Notes under the pieces: generated by a model
Seen by the model: only the letters and a program-made list of their open reading frames with translations
Databases searched by the model: none
What the model was told of the DNA's origin: nothing
Part shown: piece by piece, positions 55,603 through 63,625 of the stretch
Numbering within the stretch: position 1 is the stretch's first letter
How the letters are laid out: each line of letters opens with the position of its first letter
Program-made: the position numbers and the translations under genes
Virus record (IMG/VR): IMGVR_UViG_3300021599_000885
Source: a virus
Strand: one strand, 5' to 3'
Length of the DNA stretch: 64,000 nt

Positions 55603-56508
55603 TCAACTGGTCTGGAATCGCCCGTGGTTGAAGTTAGCACGGGAGAATGCCTCACGCTTCACCAATTTGAAGCAACCGTGCTCATTGGACAAAACATAAC
55701 CTTCAGCATCAATACGCTCCCCTAACAGATAGGTAGCAGGTCCATTATTGCGACAAATGAACAAACAGTCCTCCTTAATCGACTTGACAAGTTTCCACAA
55801 ACGAATTAGGTTGCGATCGCAGTCGCAGGCGACCGTCAGTGCCTCCTCGTCCAGTTCGTTGCCGCTTTTGATGAAAGTGTTGAAAACCTGCTTCATCTTC
55901 TGTGCTTTTGAATGACTTACAAACTCACAGGTTGTAGACATTTGACGGGCAAATGCACAGACTTCATCAACATCAGCAAAACGCTCTTGCCCATAGGCAA
56001 TCCAGGCAAGTGGTTGCACAAACTTACACTGACGGTTACCAGTCAGTTTATAAGACAATGGATAGGCATGTGCATCCCGAAGATCACTACTTGCCTGATA
56101 ATAGGTATGAGGAGCAACAATCACATCCTCAGTGATTACATTCTCAAACTGATAGGTGAGGAGTTGGGAGTTGTACTCGGACTGTCCACCAAACCCAATA
56201 AAATCACCTTGATAGATGTTATGAGTGCGAGGAAGCACATCATAACAACGATGAAGGATTTCCGCGACATTTCCTTCGTAGAACTGATCGATTTCATCAT
56301 GAGAATGAGCAATGCGAATCTTCACCTTGTTGAACACTGCTTTAGTGCCGACAAAGAAAGTATTTGTTGCAGGATCGTTGCCCCAGACAATCGCAGGAGC
56401 ACCGTCCATCTTAACACTCAGATTACCCTTACTCACAAACCAATCAAGAACAGAAAGGTCACCAGTAAGAATAGAATCTTCAGGGTGCTCAAGGTGAAGG
56501 TTTTTCAT
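55603..56508 (-). CDS. RNA-ligase-like covalent nucleotidyltransferase-fold protein
   Basis: Motif I SVKMDG, YQGD, motif IV EGYV and motif V FKLV. Confidence 0.6.
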   Translation of the reverse strand: MKNLHLEHPEDSILTGDLSVLDWFVSKGNLSVKMDGAPAIVWGNDPATNTFFVGTKAVFNKVKIRIAHSHDEIDQFYEGNVAEILHRCYDVLPRTHNIYQGDFIGFGGQSEYNSQLLTYQFENVITEDVIVAPHTYYQASSDLRDAHAYPLSYKLTGNRQCKFVQPLAWIAYGQERFADVDEVCAFARQMSTTCEFVSHSKAQKMKQVFNTFIKSGNELDEEALTVACDCDRNLIRLWKLVKSIKEDCLFICRNNGPATYLLGERIDAEGYVLSNEHGCFKLVKREAFSRANFNHGRFQTS

Positions 56509-56663
56509 CAGAAAAGTTCGAGTTGGGCAAACATCAGGTGATCGTCACAACTATCAGAGTCGTGCAGATCAATCATATCAGAATCGGTGTGAGAAAAGAG
56601 TTTATCGAAAAGAAAATCAACAAACTCTTTATTTGATTTTTCGTTGTTCATGAGAGTAACCAT
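56508..56663 (-). CDS. Small acidic protein, 51 aa
   Basis: Hand-translated; stop overlaps the next start codon. Confidence 0.6.
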   Translation of the reverse strand: MVTLMNNEKSNKEFVDFLFDKLFSHTDSDMIDLHDSDSCDDHLMFAQLELF

Positions 56664-56668
56664 CAGAA

Positions 56669-56815
56669 TCACCAGCGAATGTAAGTTTCGTCAGGATAAA
56701 TGCCATTTTCTTCACAACGGCACTCATAGGCAATTCGCTTGAGAAACTCAATGTCCATGTCCTCAATCTCCTCCAGAATACTGAGGCGCAGTTCGCGGAT
56801 GGTGGCGTCTTCCAT
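56669..56815 (-). CDS. Small acidic protein, 48 aa
   Basis: MEDATIRELRLSILEEIED...; cassette promoter upstream. Confidence 0.7.
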   Translation of the reverse strand: MEDATIRELRLSILEEIEDMDIEFLKRIAYECRCEENGIYPDETYIRW

Positions 56816-56886
56816 TGGATTCCCCTCTGTTGATGCTCTTATTATAGGGCATTCAGGCGCTGCTGGAATGCCCCCTGTGCCAGTTC

Positions 56887-57138
56887 TTAAACTGTCACAG
56901 GCACTTGGAAATACAATCCAGCACGCTTCATCATATCAATCAATGCGGATTGAATATCCTCCAATTCATCACGTTCTGCATCAGTCATTTCTTCCTCAAA
57001 GTAGAAAACATCAAACTCATTGAAGTTCACACTACCATCAGCAAGAATGGGAGCATAGAACAACTCACCCTCGGTGCAAACAGTATAAACACAACCGTGA
57101 TTCTCAACAGTCAGGAAAACGCCAGTGAAGTTAGTCAT
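56887..57138 (-). CDS. Hypothetical acidic protein
   Basis: ORF track; ends inside a promoter palindrome. Confidence 0.7.
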   Translation of the reverse strand: MTNFTGVFLTVENHGCVYTVCTEGELFYAPILADGSVNFNEFDVFYFEEEMTDAERDELEDIQSALIDMMKRAGLYFQVPVTV

Positions 57139-57213
57139 TTCAGAAACGGGTGATGTTTTTAAGGAGAATAAAAACCAGGGTTGTAATACAAACCCAGATG
57201 ATAAATGTGGTCA

Positions 57214-57447
57214 TCAGCAGGCACCATTCATAGGATTAACATTCACGGCATCGGTATTAAAGTTGGTCACTTCATAACCAAGTCCAATGCGCTCATCACA
57301 CTCACGCTGAAAGTCACGCTTGGTAATACACTTGGTGCTCATGGTATCAACACCCTGAAACTTCAGCACTTTATAGATGAATTGAGTGCTACCTTCGATG
57401 GGATAGTAGTCAACAACCATCGTACCAGTGGTGGAGGTGAGTTGCAT
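57214..57447 (-). CDS. Hypothetical protein
   Basis: 77 aa with a cassette promoter. Confidence 0.75.
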   Translation of the reverse strand: MQLTSTTGTMVVDYYPIEGSTQFIYKVLKFQGVDTMSTKCITKRDFQRECDERIGLGYEVTNFNTDAVNVNPMNGAC

Positions 57448-57537
57448 TTGGGGTCGTTCCCTTGATTACCTTAGTATTATAGAGCAGATGGTGGGCAGTG
57501 GAAGCGGTACTGTGCCACTTCCACAACTGTCCCCACT

Positions 57538-57702
57538 TCAGGCACCAATAACAGAAACGTCGATCTCTTTAATGTTCAATCCACACAGTTGATTGTAGAC
57601 ACGATTGTGAATAAACTTACATGCGTTTTCTTTGTTAGAACGCTCATACCAAATAGTAATGCAACCGTCTGCAGTTTCAACCAGAATGCGAATGTCCTTC
57701 AC
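57538..57702 (-). CDS. Small protein, 54 aa (GTG start)
   Basis: MKDIRILVETADGCITIWYERS...; cassette promoter upstream. Confidence 0.65.
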   Translation of the reverse strand: MKDIRILVETADGCITIWYERSNKENACKFIHNRVYNQLCGLNIKEIDVSVIGA

Positions 57703-57729
57703 TGGTGTCGTCTCTTGATTACCTTGTAA

Positions 57730-58227
57730 TTATACTGCCTGCATCAGGCGGTTGGAGAAGCAGTGTGCCACCTTTTCAACTGTCACAAGACCCCTATCTA
57801 TCAAATAATCATGATACAATTCTTCTTCCATATATCGTGCTTCTACTTCATGTGGTTGATACCAATACTCATACTTTTCGACAGGTTCTTTAGAATAACA
57901 CAATTTTCCATAACGGGAGCGCAGCAGACCATCCACCCACTGCTTCATATGGGTTAATTCATGCAAAAGAGTTTTTACATACAACTCTTTGTCCATATAG
58001 GTATTCATTTCGATTAGAAAGTGACGAGGACGATAATTGTCTTCAATAACGTCACAATATCCATAAACCTGCTCACGATTCAGACCACGATGCACAATGT
58101 CCAGCGTAATCTTGTGTCGTGGGAAATACTTAGTCAGAAACCAAGAGGTAACATCCTCACAGAGTTTCTTAGAATAACCATATCCAGAATGACTGATGTA
58201 AGACATTGACCCCAATGAAGAAACCAA
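57730..58227 (-). CDS. HExxH zinc metallopeptidase-like protein
   Basis: TLLHELTHMKQW...QPHEVEA. Confidence 0.75.
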   Translation of the reverse strand: MVSSLGSMSYISHSGYGYSKKLCEDVTSWFLTKYFPRHKITLDIVHRGLNREQVYGYCDVIEDNYRPRHFLIEMNTYMDKELYVKTLLHELTHMKQWVDGLLRSRYGKLCYSKEPVEKYEYWYQPHEVEARYMEEELYHDYLIDRGLVTVEKVAHCFSNRLMQAV

Positions 58228-58346
58228 AGGAAAGAACCAAGAAAAACAAGTTTATGTGTCGTCGTCATTATCAGTGTCTCTCATAATAACGTAATTAAAA
58301 CCAAGTGCTAAAAGCACAGCACTAATCCAACAAAGAAAAAGTGTAA

Positions 58347-58550
58347 TCATCCCCACGCTTCCACATATTCAATAAGAGTAAATCCTTCGTCAGTCTGCGT
58401 TTCCTCAACCAACTCATCATAGGTCATCTCTTTCAATCCTTCCAGATAATCTTCAGGAGATACATCCACATCAGGATCATAATCATCATGACAAAGAAAG
58501 ACATACTCATTGTAAAGTGCCTCAATCAACAGTTCTTTGGGGAAATTCAT
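58347..58550 (-). CDS. Small acidic hypothetical protein
   Basis: ORF track; 67 aa. Confidence 0.75.
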   Translation of the reverse strand: MNFPKELLIEALYNEYVFLCHDDYDPDVDVSPEDYLEGLKEMTYDELVEETQTDEGFTLIEYVEAWG

Positions 58551-58634
58551 TTTCTTTGTTGAGATGATTAAACCAGGGAGAGAATAATGCTAGTGCCGCC
58601 CATGCAACACTAGCAGAAATGATAAGGAAGTAAA

Positions 58635-58985
58635 TCACTTATAAAGATAACCTCCTGCCCAGTCACAACGCTCAAGCATTTGCTCACGGGAGTTGATAAT
58701 CAGCACATTGTAACGCTCTCCCTTAGCAGGTGCTTTAATGCTAGCAGGTTTGTAGACAGAACCAGTCTTCTTATCAATGAAAGCGTGAATGCTATCGCGG
58801 CGATCACCAATGTGCATGAAGACTTTGTGATACTTACGCCCAGAAGAGTCCAGAGAGTAGAAGTAACCGTCAGGAGCATCTTGCTGGAGAGCATCACACA
58901 GCATCATACCATACTTAACAATGTTAAGATAGATGGTGTTCTGTGCGTCCTTCTGGGCAGCGTAGTCAGCGAAGGTGGTGGACAT
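58635..58985 (-). CDS. Phage hypothetical protein (HAFIDKKTGSVYKPAS family)
   Basis: Start taken at MSTTF, downstream of the cassette promoter. Confidence 0.8.
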   Translation of the reverse strand: MSTTFADYAAQKDAQNTIYLNIVKYGMMLCDALQQDAPDGYFYSLDSSGRKYHKVFMHIGDRRDSIHAFIDKKTGSVYKPASIKAPAKGERYNVLIINSREQMLERCDWAGGYLYK

Positions 58986-59037
58986 CGGTTGCTTGCGTAT
59001 GAAGGTATTATAGGGCATCCTAGACGCCTCTCAGGGG

Positions 59038-59163
59038 TCAGTATGCCAGTTCGGGAACTGGATCCCAGGAGTCGTCCTCTTTCATGTATCCCATCCAGTC
59101 TTTAGGATCTACATCATAGATCTCAATCTCACGAATTTCATCCAGAATCTCAGATAAGTCCAT
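59038..59163 (-). CDS. Small acidic protein, 41 aa
   Basis: MDLSEILDEIREIE...DPVPELAY*. Confidence 0.65.
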   Translation of the reverse strand: MDLSEILDEIREIEIYDVDPKDWMGYMKEDDSWDPVPELAY

Positions 59164-59207
59164 GAAGTTGACCCTCAAATTGTTTAGTTATTGTAGCATA
59201 AGGCAGA

Positions 59208-59594
59208 CTAAACCGCCAGTGCTCCAGAAGGAATTTCTACAATCTCAGGCAGTTTGCTATCATCAAACTGGTGCATGTTGTAGCACACCCATTCACCATT
59301 ACGGAAGACATAAGCATACTCTTCGCTGTTGTCGGGCAGCAGGTATTCTCCAAGGAAAGCATCAAGGCGAGGAGGGCAATTCTCACCACGAGCAGAATAA
59401 TACTCTGCTTCCTTGTCATCATTCCAACAGGAACTCATATCACCACCATCAATCAGTTCAGAAACTTTCTCTTTGGTGTTGTAATGAGTGTTCAGAATAC
59501 GACCCAACCATTCGGGATACCCATCCCAATGATGATAGCTTGAAAGAATAGAACCGTCAGAGAGTTCAATTCCAATTCTGGAGCGAGTCGCCAT
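59208..59594 (-). CDS. Phage hypothetical protein (MATRSRIG...YHHWDGYP family)
   Basis: 128 aa with a cassette promoter. Confidence 0.82.
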   Translation of the reverse strand: MATRSRIGIELSDGSILSSYHHWDGYPEWLGRILNTHYNTKEKVSELIDGGDMSSCWNDDKEAEYYSARGENCPPRLDAFLGEYLLPDNSEEYAYVFRNGEWVCYNMHQFDDSKLPEIVEIPSGALAV

Positions 59595-59614
59595 TGCCTT
59601 TGTTTGAACTGAAG

Positions 59615-60598
59615 TCAGTATAGGGCATCCACAAGCGGGTTTGATGCCTGCTGTACCAGTTCATCAACTGTCTCCTGTGCAATGGTGATAGCATCGGGAT
59701 TCACGTCCAGGGTGACGCAATTTCGGTTCAGGTTAAAAGCGGAAATAGCAGTCGTTCCAGATCCACAGAAGGGATCCAGAACCCATCCACCCTCAGGACA
59801 TGATGACTTTATGATACGTTCTAACAGTTTCAGGGGCTTTTGTGTGGGATATTTACGCTTATTCTTCTCACTTCTGCTGATAAAGTATACATCATCCCAC
59901 AAATTCTGCACTGGAACACCTTTGGACTCATGAGAATAGATTTTCTTGTAGATATTGTTTGCACCGTAGTGCAAACGGTCCTGGGCGTCCAGTTCTTCCA
60001 GTTTTTCCCTTGTTATACGGAACCCAAACTGTGGATTATATCCTTTGTACTCAAATCTTGCACAAGGACGACTCTTCTCACCGCTAACTTTAGCGAGAGC
60101 ATAATAACCAACCTCATCCTTGTTTTGGAAACTATTCGCAGCATATACTGGATCCAGAGAGGTATATTCAACCTCAAAGTATGGACTACCTTTACGGAAG
60201 ACCATAATGCTGTCTACGATGTTACCCCAACCGTTCTTGATATTGTTCTTTGGACCGCTGCGTTTCCAAGAAATATTTGTGTAGAAAGCGTCACGAATCT
60301 TGCGATTAACTTTAGACAATACCAGAGCATTACCAATGAAGTTATTATGACAATACATCCACCCATCTTTATTCAGTTTGGCGTAGGCATTGTTGATAAC
60401 TTCAGCATACCAGTCAATATAATCATCAAAGGAAGTCCAGTTGTCTGAGAATCCTTTCTCTTGACCATCTTCCTCTTGCATAGTAAAGTCCCTCTGCAAT
60501 CCAAAGGGAGGATCCATATAAACTAGGTCAAATGTCTGGTCAACAGTATTCAGTTCTTCAACGGGTTTCTGAAGAATCTTGATCTCAGACATAATCAA
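59615..60598 (-). CDS. Beta-class N6-adenine/N4-cytosine DNA methyltransferase
   Basis: N-terminal DPPF (motif IV), YPTQKP and C-terminal VLDPFCGSGTT (motif I). Confidence 0.93.
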   Translation of the reverse strand: MIMSEIKILQKPVEELNTVDQTFDLVYMDPPFGLQRDFTMQEEDGQEKGFSDNWTSFDDYIDWYAEVINNAYAKLNKDGWMYCHNNFIGNALVLSKVNRKIRDAFYTNISWKRSGPKNNIKNGWGNIVDSIMVFRKGSPYFEVEYTSLDPVYAANSFQNKDEVGYYALAKVSGEKSRPCARFEYKGYNPQFGFRITREKLEELDAQDRLHYGANNIYKKIYSHESKGVPVQNLWDDVYFISRSEKNKRKYPTQKPLKLLERIIKSSCPEGGWVLDPFCGSGTTAISAFNLNRNCVTLDVNPDAITIAQETVDELVQQASNPLVDALY

Positions 60599-60614
60599 TC
60601 ACTTACAACAAACT

Positions 60615-60649
60615 ATGATACCATAAAAAAAGGAGGGCGTCAACCCTCC
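60615..60649 (-). terminator. cp12 terminator whose loop is the -35 box of the MTase promoter
   Basis: GGAGGG-TTGACG-CCCTCC-TTTTTTT; TTGACG-17-TATCAT. Confidence 0.75.
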
Positions 60650-60655
60650 AATCTA

Positions 60656-60868
60656 TCAGTCATCGTAGACTCTACATTCCAGTGCATTAGGATGAGTGTC
60701 GCAATACAACTCAAGTGGTGTAGGATCGTGTGAATCTTCTGGATGATGTTCTTTATATGTTTTCAGTGCTTCTAACTCTTCCTCAGTGTGCCTTCTTGCT
60801 TGTGGAGAGATAGTTGGATCACTCAAAAGGTCCTCGTCCTTTTGAATATGTGTGTCGATGTTTTCCAT
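60656..60868 (-). CDS. cp12: CP12 Calvin-cycle inhibitor (auxiliary metabolic gene)
   Basis: C-terminal PTPLELYCDTHPNALECRVYDD CP12 signature. Confidence 0.95.
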   Translation of the reverse strand: MENIDTHIQKDEDLLSDPTISPQARRHTEEELEALKTYKEHHPEDSHDPTPLELYCDTHPNALECRVYDD

Positions 60869-60899
60869 TGTTTTGTAACGGGATAATACTTATTTATTT

Positions 60900-61076
60900 T
60901 TATCGCGGTGTGTTGTCTTCCTTTCCTTCAAGACTTCGCACCATAAGTTCAGCAAACTTTTCCATTTTTTCGGCAGAAACTGTTTGTGGAGCATAGGTTA
61001 TTGCGTCTTTGAGGGCAATAAGTTCTTCCCACTCTTCTTTTGTGAGAACTTCAGAACCAGTTTTTGCGAGAGTCAT
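60900..61076 (-). CDS. Small hypothetical protein, 58 aa
   Basis: MTLAKTGSEVLTKEEWEELIALKDAI...; AAGGA SD upstream. Confidence 0.7.
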   Translation of the reverse strand: MTLAKTGSEVLTKEEWEELIALKDAITYAPQTVSAEKMEKFAELMVRSLEGKEDNTPR

Positions 61077-61164
61077 GAGTTCCTTGCGATGTGTCCCAAT
61101 GTTAGCATTTCAATATACTAATATCTAGAAACTTAATACTTTCTTTGGGATCACGTTACACTTC

Positions 61165-61449
61165 TTAATCTCCGAAGAAAGAACCAAAGGATCCACTGTC
61201 GCCAAACTTACGATTTTCCATCTTATCAAGCAGAGCATCTGTGCTGATGAGGGTATCAATTTGCATAATCATATCGGCAATATGTTTAGCAATGAATGGT
61301 TTTTCTTGACGAGCAGCATAAGATAATGCATTTCTTAATGATGCTTCTGCTTCTCGCAAACTCGTTTCAACTGATTCAGATAGAGCCATTTGCATCCTCA
61401 CATTTTTCATAAAAAATCCCATTTTTATAACAGGACTTTCCAGTTTCAT
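61165..61449 (-). CDS. Hypothetical protein (likely start MALSESV)
   Basis: ORF track. Confidence 0.7.
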   Translation of the reverse strand: MKLESPVIKMGFFMKNVRMQMALSESVETSLREAEASLRNALSYAARQEKPFIAKHIADMIMQIDTLISTDALLDKMENRKFGDSGSFGSFFGD

Positions 61450-61567
61450 AATATTTTACTATATTTGGTTGTGGTTTGTCAAGGTTACAGTATTCGCCTT
61501 GACTTTCTAGAAAGTTATTAGCACATCCCATTACAAGTATGGGAGCAAGAAAATTAAGAGTATACAT
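61376..61567 (-). CDS. Small hypothetical protein
   Basis: ORF track; start overlaps the upstream stop. Confidence 0.55.
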   Translation of the reverse strand: MYTLNFLAPILVMGCANNFLESQGEYCNLDKPQPNIVKYYETGKSCYKNGIFYEKCEDANGSI

Positions 61568-61995
61568 TATGATCCAGGAGTCCAGTCATATCCACCCCAT
61601 GCCTTAATTGCTTCATATTCAGCATCAAGTTGTGCTCGCTTGTTATAGTATTCTGCCTCACGCAGGTTATACTCACGACACTTATCTTTCTCTTCTTGTT
61701 CTGCCGCAGCATCACACATTGCATTGAGTTCTTCTTCAGTATACTGAGAAAACTCTTCACCAGTTGGACTTAAGTCAACAGGACGATTACCTTTTAGCAG
61801 AGAAAGAAACTCAATATTCTTAGTCAGATACTTTTTATGATACTCTACATTTTCATCCACACATTTGATAAGAGTATCGTAAATGTCTTGTGGGGTAAGA
61901 TCTTCAGAATTCAAAGCATCATGTAACCAGTTTTCAAGGTGCTCAAGTGAATACTTTTTATATTCAAAATCAGTGCTGTACGGATTTGAGGTCAT
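61567..61995 (-). CDS. Hypothetical protein
   Basis: 142 aa; ORF track. Confidence 0.7.
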   Translation of the reverse strand: MTSNPYSTDFEYKKYSLEHLENWLHDALNSEDLTPQDIYDTLIKCVDENVEYHKKYLTKNIEFLSLLKGNRPVDLSPTGEEFSQYTEEELNAMCDAAAEQEEKDKCREYNLREAEYYNKRAQLDAEYEAIKAWGGYDWTPGS

Positions 61996-62142
61996 CTAGG
62001 TAGTCCTTGATTGCTTGCTCCATAATAACCTGAACTTCCTTCTGAGTCAAGCCATTAAGCCACGACCATTTTGAGTCTTGTGGGTCCCAGTCCATTGTGA
62101 ATGAACCATCTTTGTTTTCTGTTATTTTAAGAGAGTCTTCCA

Positions 62143-62361
62143 TCAGAGTTCAGTATAATCTGGATCTTTTTTTGCTTTCTTACGAATTTTTTTGAGTTCT
62201 TTGAGTTCCATTTTAATATTTTGGTAGGCAGTTTCTGCATCAATCTTCCCACCCATTTCAAGAGCAATAATGATATCTGCTCTCGTTCCAAAATGTGATA
62301 ATGCCTTTTCTAAATTGCTTAGACCTTCATACATCTGGAATAATCCTACAATGCTCGGCAA
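62143..62361 (-). CDS. Hypothetical protein (likely start MYEGL)
   Basis: FGTRADIIIALEMGGKIDAETAYQNIK. Confidence 0.7.
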   Translation of the reverse strand: MPSIVGLFQMYEGLSNLEKALSHFGTRADIIIALEMGGKIDAETAYQNIKMELKELKKIRKKAKKDPDYTEL

Positions 62362-62545
62362 GAATATCTATGCGAGCATCAAGGGAGTTTTCCATCTCAT
62401 AAAGAGCATTAGTGAGTCCAATGTTCTCTTCTTCAAGGACACGAACACGGTCTTCAAGTTGAGTCAGTCTATCATAAACATCATCCATAGGAACACTGTC
62501 CGTAATTCCCCACTTTTCAAGAAACCAGTATGGATTACTTTTCAT
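62327..62545 (-). CDS. Hypothetical coiled-coil protein
   Basis: ORF track. Confidence 0.7.
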   Translation of the reverse strand: MKSNPYWFLEKWGITDSVPMDDVYDRLTQLEDRVRVLEEENIGLTNALYEMENSLDARIDILAEHCRIIPDV

Positions 62546-62790
62546 AGTTTTCCACCTACTTCGCCCGAATAAGATTTGGTCTCAGTCCAACCTTCCTGCC
62601 GTCCTTTAAGATAAAAACGGGTGCCTGATATACATGACTCTTCAGTGAGAGCTGAGACCAATCCGTTACCTTCTTTGTCATAACTATCCCAGAGAAATTT
62701 TCCTTTTACAACATAAAAACATTCGTCAATCAGTTTCTTATCTGGTATATCAAGTGGATTGCGTTTCGTCATTTTTTTTATTGAATCCAA
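62542..62790 (-). CDS. Hypothetical protein (YSGEVGGKL C-terminus)
   Basis: ORF track. Confidence 0.7.
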   Translation of the reverse strand: MDSIKKMTKRNPLDIPDKKLIDECFYVVKGKFLWDSYDKEGNGLVSALTEESCISGTRFYLKGRQEGWTETKSYSGEVGGKL

Positions 62791-62977
62791 AAGGTTGAGT
62801 TTCTGCTTCTTTCTCTACGCGAAGTTTCTGTGCTAGGGTGCAGACATTCTCAGCAACTTTGAGGACATCTTCTACCTTAGTATCGGCAGGCAGACGCCCT
62901 TTCACATATTCATAGATAGGAAAGAAGATGTCTGCTGCTTCGGTTACTTCTTCAATTGTCAGTGGTTTTGTATTCAT
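62750..62977 (-). CDS. Hypothetical protein
   Basis: ORF track. Confidence 0.7.
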   Translation of the reverse strand: MNTKPLTIEEVTEAADIFFPIYEYVKGRLPADTKVEDVLKVAENVCTLAQKLRVEKEAETQPFGFNKKNDETQST

Positions 62978-63114
62978 TGGGTCTCTTCAAATCAGGGTGA
63001 GGTGCATACAGTGGTCCTTGGTAATCACCAGCATGAACTTTTTTAAGTGCCTCTACAACTTCAGGAGTTTCATCCCAAGTCCATACATCGCCAGTTTTTC
63101 CAGTAAAAGTGCGT

Positions 63115-63300
63115 TCAGTCATTCATAACCTCCTGAGTTGCGTTGAGTAGTGTTTGCACCATTGCATCTAAAGTATCCATTGGAATCCACGCTGGATCTT
63201 CATTAGCAAACTGTACTAGAACTTCAGTAACTTTCTTACGATACTGAAGACTATACAGAGTTCTTGTATTTTTAACGAATGATATAGGATTAGTCATCAT
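63115..63300 (-). CDS. Hypothetical protein
   Basis: ORF track. Confidence 0.65.
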   Translation of the reverse strand: MMTNPISFVKNTRTLYSLQYRKKVTEVLVQFANEDPAWIPMDTLDAMVQTLLNATQEVMND

Positions 63301-63625
63301 ATTTGTAACTGAGTTTGATGTCTTTCTTGTTTAGTTTGTAACGATCAATGTGTTTTTTACGGTGCTCTTCAGATTGGAAATAACACTTACGTGTTTCCTT
63401 TCCGTCCTTATGAATGAGTTTCCAAGGGAACTGATCAAATGGAAATTCTTCTGTGTAGTCCATCATCTAGGTTGTTCACGGTTCTGATCATAGCAGAGAT
63501 CATATATTTCGTCAAGCACGGCACTACATTCCCAATACTCTGCGGTATTGTTGAGACATTTCTCAACTTGATACCTACGAACAGCAGTCTGAATGAGACG
63601 CCACTGATCTGCTCTAAGTTCCATA

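Larger units (their letters stand above)
49561..59674 (-). promoter_or_regulatory. Dispersed family of >=14 cassette promoters: -10 hexamer, 29-31 bp, 22-bp palindrome GTGNCAGTT-N4-AACTGNCAC
   Basis: Palindromes start at 49596, 49923, 50129, 50687, 50882, 51470, 51726, 52253, 55592, 56877, 57512, 57765, 59043 and 59653, with a further copy at 52355. Each lies 29-31 nt from a -10-like hexamer (TAnnnT, one CATACT). Confidence 0.9.

Noticed and set aside
55912-56541. 209-aa plus-strand ORF, and similarly 59840-60448
   Set aside because: Antisense to well-supported genes, with no recognisable motifs.
49596-59674. CRISPR array or true integron
   Set aside because: The repeats are degenerate, irregularly spaced and separated by whole genes. 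There is no cas or integrase gene in the window, and the fixed distance to -10 boxes fits promoters.
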